From Smithellaceae bacterium (GTDB lineage Bacteria; Desulfobacterota; Syntrophia; Syntrophales; Smithellaceae), in assembly GCA_963667845.2 (NCBI GenBank), contig CAXXVL010000002.1, forward strand, positions 96,001 through 160,000: 64,000 nucleotides of DNA. The letters run 5' to 3'. Shown piece by piece: positions 1 through 9,763 of this stretch. A program made the position numbers and the translations under genes. Every line of letters begins with the position of its first letter. Within the stretch, counting starts at the first letter, position 1. The notes under the pieces are model-generated. The model saw only the letters and a program-made list of their open reading frames with translations. It did no database searches and was not told the origin of the DNA.

Positions 1-1
1 G

Positions 2-1084
2 ATCCAGTTCACCGGCGGCACGACAGGCCTTCCCAAAGGGGCAGTCCTGACCCATGCCAACGTCGTCGCCGCCATTTACGCAGCAACTTTATGGGGGTCG
101 AAAACGAGCACGCTGGTCCCCCCCCAGGACCGCACCGTTCTGGGCGTTATCCCTTATTTCCATATTTACGGCAATATCGTGGCGATGAACTGCGCCTTGT
201 TCAACGGCGCAACCCAGATCCTTTTGCATCGCTTCGATCTGGAAGAAGTCTTAAGCACGATCGCCAAATTCGAACAGATTTCGTTTTTCCCCGCCGTCCC
301 GACGATGATCACGGCCATCGTCAATCATCCCAAAGTACACGAAATGAAGCTCAATTGCCGCATCCGGTATTTCAATTCCGGCGGCGCCCCCATGCCCGCG
401 GAGCTCATTGCGCGGGTCCGGGATATGGGAATTTTCTTCGGCGAGGGCTACGGCATGAGTGAATCGACGGCGCTGGGCATCTCCAACCCGGTCATCGGTT
501 TAAGCAAAACCGGTTCCGTCGGCATTCCCTATATTGATACGGATGTCCGCCTCGTCGATCTGGAAACCGGCACGCAGGATGTAAAGCCCGGCGATCCGGG
601 GGAAATCATCATGAAAAGCCCGTTTGTCATGAAGGAATATTGGAACAACCCCGCGGAGACAGCTAACCAGATCAGAGACGGCTGGCTCTTCACCGGTGAT
701 ATCGGACAGGCGGATGAGGATGGTTACCTCTATATTGTGGACCGCAAGAAGGACATGATCATCGCCGGCGGCTTCAATATTTATCCCCGCGAAGTGGACG
801 AAGTGCTCTATCAGCATCCCAAAGTGTCCGAGGCGGTCACCGTCGGCATCCCCGACGCCTACCGGGGCGAAACCGTCAAGATCTATGTGGTGCTCAAACC
901 CGACGAGATCTGCGAAGAAAAAGAAATTATCGATTTTTGCAAGACCAGATTGGCTCCCTATAAAGTGCCCAAGAAGGTCGAGTTCCGCGATGCCCTGCCG
1001 AAATCGGCTGTCGGCAAGCTTCTGAGGAAGATCCTCCGTGATGAGGAAATGGCAAAAAAAATAGCTAAGGTGAACACAAAATAA
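2..1084 (+). CDS. Long-chain fatty acid-CoA ligase (AMP-binding family), 5' truncated by window edge
   Basis: Frame open from base 2 (IQFTGGTTGLPKG P-loop), continues into ORF 179..1084: GYGMSE, TGD, DRKKDMII, LPKSAVGK motifs. Confidence 0.93.
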   Translation: MQFTGGTTGLPKGAVLTHANVVAAIYAATLWGSKTSTLVPPQDRTVLGVIPYFHIYGNIVAMNCALFNGATQILLHRFDLEEVLSTIAKFEQISFFPAVPTMITAIVNHPKVHEMKLNCRIRYFNSGGAPMPAELIARVRDMGIFFGEGYGMSESTALGISNPVIGLSKTGSVGIPYIDTDVRLVDLETGTQDVKPGDPGEIIMKSPFVMKEYWNNPAETANQIRDGWLFTGDIGQADEDGYLYIVDRKKDMIIAGGFNIYPREVDEVLYQHPKVSEAVTVGIPDAYRGETVKIYVVLKPDEICEEKEIIDFCKTRLAPYKVPKKVEFRDALPKSAVGKLLRKILRDEEMAKKIAKVNTK

Positions 1085-1281
1085 AAAAAAGTAACAAGAT
1101 GAAATTGCGTAGAAGAGTATTTGTGATGATGGACAGGAAGCTCGATTGCTGCAAGCCAAAGAGCGATTGGGGAAAATAATCATTCACACCCCGTGGGAGG
1201 CATGGGTTGGGGCTTGCTGTTTGGGCCGCATCCCATGCCGAACACATAATGTTCCATAAATAAATAATTTGAGGAGACGAC

Positions 1282-2781
1282 ATGAGATCAAAACAGGATT
1301 ACATCAAGGGATTGTCCAAAATGAAGCGAAACTGCTACTATGACGGCCAGTTGATCGACCGCGACGACCAGTTGCAGATGGACTGCTTAAACGTCATCGG
1401 GACAACCTATGACGAAGCGGCCAAACCCGAAAACCAGGATCTATGCACGGCGATTTCGCACCTGACGGGCGAGCGGATCAACCGCTACACGCATATTCAC
1501 CAGAACAAGGAGGATCTGCACAAGAAACAGGACATGACCCGCATGCTCTGCCAGAAGGTCGGCGGCTGCATTCAGCGCTGCATGGGCATTGACGGCACGA
1601 ATGCCATTTACAATGTGTCCTATGAAGCGGACAAGTTAAACAACGGCGCCACCCAGTATCATGAGAACTTCAAGAAGTGGCTGACCCGTTTCCAGACGGA
1701 AGATTTGATCGGCTGCTGCGCGCAGACCGATACCAAAGGCGACCGCTTGCTGCGTCCCGCGGACCAGCCCAATCCCGGTTCCTATGTGCATATTAAAGAG
1801 CGGACCAAGGACGGCATTATTGTCGAAGGCTGCAAGGTTCACATTTCCGAAGCCTCCGTGGCGGACGAAGTTCTGGTAGTCCCCACCCGCGCGCTGCGCA
1901 AAGAAGACAAGGACTATGCCGTGGCTTTTGCTATCCCGGGCGACTGGGACGGATTGAAACAGGTCGTGACCATTCACAACCTCCGGGAGCGCACCCATTA
2001 TAAAAGAGGCTTTCAGCCGGGAGCGACGGATTCCTACATGATTTTTGAAAACTGTTTTGTTCCCTGGGAAAGAGTTTTCCTGGCGGGCGAATATCAGCAC
2101 GGCGGCGCCTGCGCGCTTCTGTTTGCTCTGTTCCATCGCCATTCTTACTCCGGCTGCAAACCGGCCATCGGCGATGTCATTCTGGGATCGGCAGCACTCG
2201 CTGCTGAAGTGAACAACATCCACAAAGAATCCCATGTCCGCGAGAAGCTGGCTGAAATTATCATGACGATCGAACTGGGCTACGCGGCCGGTTACACGGC
2301 GTCCGACCTGGGCAAGCCCGAAGTTTACATCCCCGGCGTAGGATTTGTTCCCTATGGCCCCGGCTCCTACATTCCGCATTCCATTTACTGCAACGTCGGC
2401 CGTTGTCTGTCCGGCGAGGCGGTCTTCCGCGAGGCCGAAATTCTCTGCGACATCTCCGGCGGCGTCACGGCAACATTCCCGCATGAGAAGGATTTTGCCA
2501 ATCCCGCAACGGGCGAAGCGCTGCTTAAGTACACCAAACGCAATCCCAACATGTCGGCCGAAGATCAGGCCCAGTTCTGGAGATATCTGGGAGACGGTCT
2601 GTGCTCCGCGTCCGGCGGCATCGCGAACGTGGGTAACTACCATGGCGGTGGATCGCCGATCATGGAGCAGATCGCCATCACGACCCAGTATGACATCGAG
2701 TCCCGCAAGAAGCTGGTGAAATACATCGCCGGCATGAGCGGCGGAGACCGCGATGCACTGTCTAAAAAGAGCAACAAGTAG
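1282..2781 (+). CDS. 4-hydroxybutyryl-CoA dehydratase (AbfD)/HpaB-family flavoprotein, divergent
   Basis: CIQRC and HRHSYSGC Fe-S ligand motifs, C-terminal HGGGSP; RBS gaggag. Confidence 0.85.
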   Translation: MRSKQDYIKGLSKMKRNCYYDGQLIDRDDQLQMDCLNVIGTTYDEAAKPENQDLCTAISHLTGERINRYTHIHQNKEDLHKKQDMTRMLCQKVGGCIQRCMGIDGTNAIYNVSYEADKLNNGATQYHENFKKWLTRFQTEDLIGCCAQTDTKGDRLLRPADQPNPGSYVHIKERTKDGIIVEGCKVHISEASVADEVLVVPTRALRKEDKDYAVAFAIPGDWDGLKQVVTIHNLRERTHYKRGFQPGATDSYMIFENCFVPWERVFLAGEYQHGGACALLFALFHRHSYSGCKPAIGDVILGSAALAAEVNNIHKESHVREKLAEIIMTIELGYAAGYTASDLGKPEVYIPGVGFVPYGPGSYIPHSIYCNVGRCLSGEAVFREAEILCDISGGVTATFPHEKDFANPATGEALLKYTKRNPNMSAEDQAQFWRYLGDGLCSASGGIANVGNYHGGGSPIMEQIAITTQYDIESRKKLVKYIAGMSGGDRDALSKKSNK

Positions 2782-2796
2782 TCTCTGCAGTATTCG

Positions 2797-2843
2797 TCTT
2801 TCCGCCCGCCTTTTCACCGGTGTCGGGCGGGCGGAAAGATTTT
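2797..2843 (+). terminator. Intrinsic terminator after AbfD-like gene
   Basis: 14-bp stem tctttccgcccgcc/ggcgggcggaaaga followed by tttt. Confidence 0.7.
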
Positions 2844-3121
2844 ACAAAACGCCCGGTGGTTGTCAAGGGCACTGCATTTTTCAGTTCAGGCGGCCCGCCT
2901 GTTTTCCGGATAGCCGGCGGATGGTTTTACCTGAGAGATTCGCCATGCCGCAGGCAACCGGCGGATCGATCACATTTCGAAGGATTTTATTCCGGCATTG
3001 AAAGCCTGCGGGTCATGGATGAACAGATCAAAACCATGATGGTGGACAACCCCGGAAATCTTTCCCGGGCAAATAGACCCTCCACTCAGTTTTTCTCATT
3101 GGAAAAGCTGAGCGATCAAGT

Positions 3122-3166
3122 AAAGGGGTTAAAACCTTCTCCCTTGGGTTTTAACCCCTTTCTTTT
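3122..3166 (+). terminator. Strong hairpin, probable (bidirectional) terminator
   Basis: 15-bp perfect stem aaaggggttaaaacc/ggttttaaccccttt, T-rich tail. Confidence 0.65.
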
Positions 3167-3310
3167 CGAATCCCTTTAATTTATTTCACCCCTCTGATGG
3201 ATCAAGTTTTTTCAGGAGCGGATTCTCTCTAATGAACATGTTGGTGGTTTTCGTCTCATCATCATAAACAAGAACCGCCGGAACGATTTCCAGTTTTTTA
3301 TTTGCCCTGC

Positions 3311-3473
3311 GGGAATTTCGTAGCCGGCTGAGCCTCGACTGCGTCGCAATCCGCTGTGCCCCTGGAAATAAATTCGTCAATAACTCCGCTCGGAGCCGGG
3401 GCGCTGAGTTTATTTATCGGGATGGTGAACAGCCCTTGCAATTTGCTCCGGCTCGGGCTGCCGGCAGATTCCC
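3311..3473 (+). ncRNA. Candidate structured RNA or palindromic element (163-nt rod-like imperfect hairpin)
   Basis: Nested pairings gggaattt/agattccc, gccggc/gccggc, gctgt/acagc, aaataaattc/gagtttattt, apical ctccg/cggag; G-U wobbles favour + strand. Confidence 0.4.
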
Positions 3474-3720
3474 ACTTTATTTCGCAACAAGACCGCGGCC
3501 TTCAAAGAAGGCTCCGGGCTTGCAGACACCATTACAAACTGAAAAAGCCGAGAGGCGACTTTCGGTTATCTTTAACATTGATTTGCAGGCAAACGGTATC
3601 CCTGATCACCCAAAATCCCTTTGACAGACAAGACCTTTTCTCCTAAGATCAAAATCTGAAAAGCGTCCCTGACCCGAAAGGCCGATTTCAAAACTATCGG
3701 TATCCGGAGGCTCGTTTCGT

Positions 3721-5916
3721 TTGAATATACAGTCTTTGACTACCAAATTTTTTTCTAACCCCCGATGGCCGGTTCACTTTTTCGTCACGGTCACCGTGCT
3801 GTCTCAACTTTTTACGGCCGGCATGAATATCACCAACGGCTTGTTGTGGTGGCAACGGATAGACCTTGATCTTATCCTGATCGGCTGCATTGATTCCTTC
3901 GTTGTTACAACTCTGCTTGCTCTGCCGGTCATCTATTTCATGAAGAAATATTTTAATCTCGAAGAAATAAACCTGAAACTCCAGAAAGAATTTACCGAAC
4001 GCGTCATGGCGGAGAATGCCCTGCGGACAAGTGAAGAGAAGCTCAACTCCATCGTCTCCACAAGCCAGGAGTGGATTTGGTCCAAAGATTTAACGGGTGT
4101 CTATACCTTCAGCAATCCCGCTGTCCGTGATATCCTGGGCTATCTCCCGGATGAAATATTGGGGCATGCTGTTGCCAATTCCTTTGTGCATAAAGAAGAT
4201 CTTCTCGTGATGAAGGAGCTGCTGTCGCGATCGATTGCGTTAAAGACGGGCTGGTCGAACATTGTTACGCGCTGGAAGCACAGGGATGGAACCTATCGTT
4301 ATCTGGAAAGCTCTGCGGTGCCGATGCTGGATCAGTCGGGAAATCTCTATGGATTTCAAGGGACGGACCGCGACATCACGATACGCAAGCAGTCTGAAGA
4401 CGACGTCAGAGAGAGTGAAGAACGCTATCGAACCATCTTCGAGAGTACGGCCACGGCCAATATCCTTATGGCCCAAGACATGACCATCCTCATGGCGAAC
4501 GACGACTTCGCCGGCTTGAGCGGCTATTCGAAACAGGAACTGGAAGGAAAAATCAAATTGACCGCTTTCGCCGACGAGAATGATCTGGAAAGGGTGATGC
4601 GCTACGATAAAATGCGCGGGCCTGACCCAGGATCGGCACTCTCATCCAATGAATTCCGCTTTATAAACCGCAACGGCGAAGTCAGAGAACTCTTCGTCAA
4701 TGTTGCCGTTATCCCCAAAACAAACGAAAGCGTCGTCTCTTTGATCGATTTGACGGAAAGGAAACAACTGGAGACGGAGCTCATTCAGTCAAAGAAGATG
4801 GAATCCGTAGGCCGTCTTGCCGGAGGCGTTGCGCATGACTTTAACAACATGCTCAGCGTAATCATCGGTAATACGGAAATCGCCATGCTGACCGTTGATC
4901 CCACTTCCCCCCTGCGCAGAACCCTGCAGGATATCATGAGCGCGGCGATGCGCTCCGCGGAGCTGACCCGTCAATTGCTGGCGTTTGCCCGAAAACAAAC
5001 CGCGAGCCCCCGGGTGCTGAACCTGAGCGATACGGTGACCGGCATGCTCAAGATGCTGCAGAGACTCATTGGCGAAAACATCAATCTGATATGGATGCCC
5101 GGACAAAATCTTTGGAAAGTCAGGATAGATCCATCCCAGGTTGACCAGATTCTGGTCAACCTGACAGTCAACGCCCGCGACGCCATAGGCCAGACGGGAA
5201 AGATCACGATCGAAACGTCCAATGCGGCTTGCGATGAAGGGTATCGCAACGGCTTTACAGACTTTATCCCGGGCGACTACGTCGAATTGTCTGTAAGGGA
5301 CAATGGCTGCGGCATGGAAAAGCATACGCTCGCCAATATTTTCGAGCCCTTCTATACCTCCGGCAAAAACGGCCAGGGCACGGGACTGGGCCTGGCTACC
5401 GTGTACGGAATCGTTAAGCAGAACAGCGGGTTTATTAATGTGCGCAGTGAACCGGGGCAGGGTTCAATCTTCAGAATCTATCTGCCGCGCCATAAGGACA
5501 CAGGCGCGGAAAAAACAGCTGATGAATCGGAGACGCCAATGCAAGGGGGAACGGAGACCGTCTTGATCGTGGAAGATGAAGAGACGGTTTTGAAACTCGG
5601 CAGGGCCATGCTGGAAACGCTGGGCTATAACGTGCTTTCGGCCAGGGGTGCGGATCAGGCGCTGAAACTGGCCAATGGATATGCGGGGAAAATCGACCTG
5701 CTGCTCATGGATGTCGTTATGCCGGACATGAATGGAAAGGAATTATCGGAGCGGATCATCGCCGTCAAGCCGGGTCTGAAATGTCTGTATATGTCCGGAT
5801 ACACGGCAGATGTAATCGCCCATCAGGGGATTCTGGATAGAGGCGTACAATTCATCTCCAAACCATTTTCTTTAAAAGATCTGGCGGCCAAAATTCGGGA
5901 AGCCGTCGGAGAATAG
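3721..5916 (+). CDS. Membrane hybrid sensor histidine kinase (2 TM, 2 PAS, HisKA, HATPase, REC)
   Basis: HDFNN H-box, GTGLGL G2 box, C-terminal receiver (VEDE...MDVVMP...KPF); TTG start with ggagg. Confidence 0.92.
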   Translation: MNIQSLTTKFFSNPRWPVHFFVTVTVLSQLFTAGMNITNGLLWWQRIDLDLILIGCIDSFVVTTLLALPVIYFMKKYFNLEEINLKLQKEFTERVMAENALRTSEEKLNSIVSTSQEWIWSKDLTGVYTFSNPAVRDILGYLPDEILGHAVANSFVHKEDLLVMKELLSRSIALKTGWSNIVTRWKHRDGTYRYLESSAVPMLDQSGNLYGFQGTDRDITIRKQSEDDVRESEERYRTIFESTATANILMAQDMTILMANDDFAGLSGYSKQELEGKIKLTAFADENDLERVMRYDKMRGPDPGSALSSNEFRFINRNGEVRELFVNVAVIPKTNESVVSLIDLTERKQLETELIQSKKMESVGRLAGGVAHDFNNMLSVIIGNTEIAMLTVDPTSPLRRTLQDIMSAAMRSAELTRQLLAFARKQTASPRVLNLSDTVTGMLKMLQRLIGENINLIWMPGQNLWKVRIDPSQVDQILVNLTVNARDAIGQTGKITIETSNAACDEGYRNGFTDFIPGDYVELSVRDNGCGMEKHTLANIFEPFYTSGKNGQGTGLGLATVYGIVKQNSGFINVRSEPGQGSIFRIYLPRHKDTGAEKTADESETPMQGGTETVLIVEDEETVLKLGRAMLETLGYNVLSARGADQALKLANGYAGKIDLLLMDVVMPDMNGKELSERIIAVKPGLKCLYMSGYTADVIAHQGILDRGVQFISKPFSLKDLAAKIREAVGE

Positions 5917-5946
5917 AAATCGAGCGCAACATCCGGTCCTGCAGAA

Positions 5947-6008
5947 TAATCAACCGCCTCGCAGCAGGCTGCGGAGAATTAACGCTCATCCCGCAAAAGC
6001 GGGATTAA
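5947..6008 (+). repeat. Palindromic miniature repeat family A, short form
   Basis: taatcaaccgcctcgcagcaggctgcggagaattaacgctcatcccg..cggga; matches copies at 6752, 18494, 28949, 56264. Confidence 0.85.
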
Positions 6009-6100
6009 AAGTGCAGATGATCTTTTCGGATCCGGCATTTTCTTTTATGCCAACATACAAATTTGAGAGCGGCCGCTCTCTTTCGCTTTGGGAGTAGAAG

Positions 6101-6466
6101 ATGAAGAATGAATCAAAAAAGAAGGAAGTGAGTCAATGGGACTGCTTTTCATTCCCTTGTGGAGATTCCTGTTGTCAATACGGCGTCGATGTGTTCGCGG
6201 TCGAGAGGGATCGCCTGATCTCTGCCGGTAAAGCCACCGCAGATGATTTCCAGGGGCCGAAGATTGATAAAACCGGAACTGCAATGTATCGCACCCGGAC
6301 GGGGCCCCGCGGATGCGTCTTCCTGCTCGATGAGCGCGGCTGCAGTTTGCATATTTCCGGACACAAGCCGCAGGTCTGCCGCGAGTGGCCCCGCAATTAC
6401 CAGGAAGCAAAGCGCGCCGCCGGCAAAGATTACCTGCCCTGCTTCCTGCACCGTTATGACCTGTAA
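6101..6466 (+). CDS. YkgJ-family (CxxCxxCC) cysteine-cluster protein
   Basis: CxxxxCGDSCC, GCVFL, GCSLH, KPQVCREWP motifs; RBS ggag. Confidence 0.8.
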   Translation: MKNESKKKEVSQWDCFSFPCGDSCCQYGVDVFAVERDRLISAGKATADDFQGPKIDKTGTAMYRTRTGPRGCVFLLDERGCSLHISGHKPQVCREWPRNYQEAKRAAGKDYLPCFLHRYDL

Positions 6467-6520
6467 AGTGAAGTCAATGGCGGACTCACCCTTTCACCGT
6501 TACCTTCCTTTTGCTTAAAC

Positions 6521-6547
6521 AAAAAAGCCGGAAGGCAACTTCCGGCT
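6521..6547 (-). terminator. Intrinsic terminator oriented on minus strand
   Basis: Stem agccggaag/cttccggct with A6 on its left (U6 tail on minus strand). Confidence 0.7.
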
Positions 6548-6675
6548 GTGATTACAAGAACTGATGATTCTCAGGACGCCGTCCGCTTTCTAATTTAGCC
6601 GCCGGGCGCATCCGGCCCCGTCTTGTGTCATGCCGGCTACGGCCGGCAACGGCTGAACCGACCTATTGAGATAAA
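6521..6675 (-). ncRNA. Candidate orphan small RNA
   Basis: Extended -10 TGaTACAAT (6682-6690, minus), structured body, terminator at 6521-6547, no RBS-bearing ORF. Confidence 0.4.
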
Positions 6676-6751
6676 AGAGTGATTGTATCAGTGGAAATGT
6701 CAGAGCAATTGCCAAAAGGATAAATGCGATTACGGATTAATTATTTGCCGC

Positions 6752-6855
6752 TTGAGTCCCGCTCGCGCGGGACGAGCGTTAATTCTCCGCAGCTTGCCGC
6801 GATATAATCACGTTCATTTCAATACCTCGACAGCTTGCTGCGAGGTGGTTGATTG
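6752..6855 (-). repeat. Repeat family A, long (two-hairpin) form
   Basis: Reverse complement nearly identical to 56264..56364. Confidence 0.88.
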
Positions 6856-6941
6856 AAGCTGAGTTGATATTTTGAAGCGCGTCTCTCGATACCAGCCCCC
6901 TAAATACCCCGCACCATGACTCTCTTGTATCCGCGATAGTC

Positions 6942-6970
6942 TTGACACACACCATTTCACTTCTTACATT
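6942..6970 (+). promoter_or_regulatory. sigma70-type promoter for ytxH-like gene
   Basis: TTGACA-17 bp-TACATT. Confidence 0.65.
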
Positions 6971-7070
6971 TCAAATAGACCCGCTTGGAGGAGGAATGAA
7001 ATAATCAACAATGATTCCTCGTTGTTAAGCTGAGGGTCTATAAATCAAATTGTCACTCAGGGAGGATATT

Positions 7071-7412
7071 ATGAATCATGACGCAACAAAGATCGGCGGC
7101 GCTATTTTAATAGGCGGGTTGATCGGCGCCGGTATAGCGCTTCTGGCTGCACCCAAGTCCGGCCGTAAGACGCGGTTGGAAATTTTCAGGGCGGCGCGCC
7201 GTACAAGAAATAACGCGGCGGCTTTAATTGAGGAGACCATTGAAGATGTAAACATCCTCATCGAGGATCTTAAGGCCAAGGCCGCTGATATTGCAGAGCA
7301 GGGAGCGGATCTGACTGACAAGGCCAAAAAGGAGATCATGGCAACCCTTGAGCAGGGCCAGCACGCATTGGAAAAACAGAAGCAAAAATTTTCAGAAGCC
7401 CTCAAGCGCTGA
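7071..7412 (+). CDS. YtxH-domain protein
   Basis: GGLIGAGIALLAAPKSGRKTR signature followed by coiled coil; ATG at 7071 with ggagg RBS. Confidence 0.88.
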   Translation: MNHDATKIGGAILIGGLIGAGIALLAAPKSGRKTRLEIFRAARRTRNNAAALIEETIEDVNILIEDLKAKAADIAEQGADLTDKAKKEIMATLEQGQHALEKQKQKFSEALKR

Positions 7413-7483
7413 AGCCTTAAAGCCGGTCCGTTTTCCCCGCGGGCGCAAGTCAGGAGAAACCACTGCATTGTGCAAGGAGTCTG

Positions 7484-8179
7484 ATGATGGCCAAAAGTTA
7501 CTATGCAATTCTCGGCATCTCGTCTGATGCGAAAACCGACGAAATCAAGGCGGCCTACCGACGCCTGACCAAGGAATTTCATCCTGATAACTATTTTGGC
7601 CGAGGCGACATCTTTGGGCAGATTCAGGAGGCCTACGCCGTATTAAGCAACAGCGAAGCGCGGCGGCGCTATGATCAAAATCTGATATATGCAAGGACAA
7701 AAGTCCCCTTCCGGAACAAGTTTTCTCCGGAGCCGGCGGCCAATCTCTCTGAGACACCGTCAAACGATTTTGATGATATCTCGCTGGTCCGGTCGTTTCA
7801 GACTTTTACGCCATCATTCGACGAGATTTTCGATTGGCTGTGGAATAATTTTTCTACGCTTCGATATCCTAAGTCCGGCTATATGCAAAATCTGACGATA
7901 GAGGTGCCTCTTTCTTATGAACAAGCGCTGTCCGGCGGAAATGTCAAGGTCCTGGTTCCCGTGAGAGCCGTGTGTCAGGCTTGCCGGGGATACGGGCATG
8001 TGGGGCCTTATGAGTGCACGCACTGTGCCGGGGAAGGCGCTCTTGTCGGGGAGGTCCCTGTCTTAGTATCCTTTCAGCCCGGGCTCAAGGAAAATCGGGC
8101 TGTCATGATTCCCCTGGATCGATACGGCATCAGGAATCTTCACTTGACCGTACTTTTCTGTCTGACCGACCTTTGCTGA
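7484..8179 (+). CDS. J-domain (DnaJ-like) protein with one zinc-finger repeat pair
   Basis: YYAILG...HPD J-domain; CQACRGYG and CTHCAGEG; RBS aaggag. Confidence 0.85.
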   Translation: MMAKSYYAILGISSDAKTDEIKAAYRRLTKEFHPDNYFGRGDIFGQIQEAYAVLSNSEARRRYDQNLIYARTKVPFRNKFSPEPAANLSETPSNDFDDISLVRSFQTFTPSFDEIFDWLWNNFSTLRYPKSGYMQNLTIEVPLSYEQALSGGNVKVLVPVRAVCQACRGYGHVGPYECTHCAGEGALVGEVPVLVSFQPGLKENRAVMIPLDRYGIRNLHLTVLFCLTDLC

Positions 8180-8335
8180 CGACCCGGAAGGACAGGTCGT
8201 GATGCTGAAGAATGGCCGGGAAGCCACGACCCGCATGGGCTCGCCGATAGCGCGGAGCCCTGATGATCTATTGCCGGGATGGAAACTTGGAAACCCTCAG
8301 GATATCCCTGCTCCCCGGTCTTTCGGGGTTTGACG

Positions 8336-9763
8336 TCAGCGGGGCTGCTGCACCGAGCCATCATAGAAGACCTTGCAATGGCCCGCTTGAACAAAACGTT
8401 TTGCCTTCCTGTAAAGATCAAGGACCGGGCCGGCAAGGGATTCGACCGCGTTCGCCGTGCCGATTTGCGGATGGCCGAAGGGGCCGCTGATGGTTTGCGT
8501 TAAGATGGCACAGCCCTTGTGATCGAGGAGCGCTACCGTTACGTTGCCGTACTTCTGGCTCACCAGATTGAGTTTTCCCTTCAAAGCAATTCGGTTATGA
8601 AGCGTCGCAAGTGCGCAGTCTACTGCGTCGGCCTCACCGTTTCTTATATTCCAGTGGGAGACAAACTGCACAATGGTACCCCGTCCCCCCTGGCTCTGGT
8701 AGTAAAGATTCCCATAACGGTACCCATGGAGAGCAACGCTGCCGAGAGGACCGACGATAAAAAAAGCGCCGATGTCGACTAGATTGAACTGCTGGCTTGA
8801 TTCATAGGCGGATAGGACCTTGTCGAGGTCCACAGTATGTGTGACAAGATTATCCCCCCTCAGAGAAAAAGTCCCGTCCAGGTTATGCATCAGAGTGCGG
8901 CCTTTTTCTTTTATGGTCAATAAAGCTGCCAGATCACCCTGACCGCTGATCATCTTCTTTATGCCGAAGGATTCCTGAAGTTTTTCGAAATCCAGCTTCG
9001 ATACCTTAAAATTGATTTTATATTCGGGGTCGGATCCCGTCTCGTCTGCCGTGAGCTCGCCTTCACCCTTCCCGCCGAAGATGTCCATCGTCAGAGGCTT
9101 GAAGGTGAATACTCCCCTGACGGCTTTCACGGGTGCCCTGAGGTTCTCGATCCGGAGATCCTTTTGGGTAAATTCCTTGCAGGCAAAGCTCCCCGTGAAG
9201 GAAATGTTCTTGATGATGCTTCCTGCGGCATCCGCCACGGAGAGATTACTGACTGCCAGATCAATTTCTTTCAATTCCGTCTTCTTGCCTGTCTTCTTGT
9301 CGAGGTACACAAGCGACCCCCTGGACAGCTTCAGATCGCTCAAACCGAAGGCCTTTTCCGGCCGTTCTTGCGGTGATTGAACTTCAATATTTTCGAAGTT
9401 GAATTTCCCGTCGGCGTCCTTCACAATCGTGACGGCGGGTGAGACCAGTTCACAGGCACTGACGTTAAGCTGCTTCTTCAGCAGGGCCATGAACTCCATA
9501 CGCAGCTTGAGGCTTTGCATGCTCAGGATCTCGCTTCCCCGGTTGGCGACAAGGATGTCTTTTGCCGAAATGCCCAGCGGAAAGAAAGCCAGTCCGATCT
9601 TTCCCTTAATCCGGACATCGAGGCCGGTCGCCCCGGAGACCGCGGTTTCAATCTTCGATTTATAGGAATTGATATCGAACAGGAGGACTGCCGCAATCAC
9701 AGCCGCAATCATCAGGAGGACACCACCGCCCGCAATGATCAGACCTCTTTTTCTTCCACTCAT
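8336..9763 (-). CDS. AsmA-family protein
   Basis: N-terminal TM anchor then DINSYKSKIETAVSGATG AsmA-like N-terminus, beta-rich body. Confidence 0.8.
   Translation of the reverse strand: MSGRKRGLIIAGGGVLLMIAAVIAAVLLFDINSYKSKIETAVSGATGLDVRIKGKIGLAFFPLGISAKDILVANRGSEILSMQSLKLRMEFMALLKKQLNVSACELVSPAVTIVKDADGKFNFENIEVQSPQERPEKAFGLSDLKLSRGSLVYLDKKTGKKTELKEIDLAVSNLSVADAAGSIIKNISFTGSFACKEFTQKDLRIENLRAPVKAVRGVFTFKPLTMDIFGGKGEGELTADETGSDPEYKINFKVSKLDFEKLQESFGIKKMISGQGDLAALLTIKEKGRTLMHNLDGTFSLRGDNLVTHTVDLDKVLSAYESSQQFNLVDIGAFFIVGPLGSVALHGYRYGNLYYQSQGGRGTIVQFVSHWNIRNGEADAVDCALATLHNRIALKGKLNLVSQKYGNVTVALLDHKGCAILTQTISGPFGHPQIGTANAVESLAGPVLDLYRKAKRFVQAGHCKVFYDGSVQQPR

Noticed and set aside
1203..1218. GG-N10-GC sigma54-like site before the AbfD-like gene
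   Set aside because: Poor -24 element, and it lies inside a GC hairpin
3163..3175. ttcgaatcc resembling a tRNA T-loop
   Set aside because: No T-stem, cloverleaf or CCA end
6561..6600. CUGAUGA hammerhead-like core
   Set aside because: No stem II followed by GAAA on this strand
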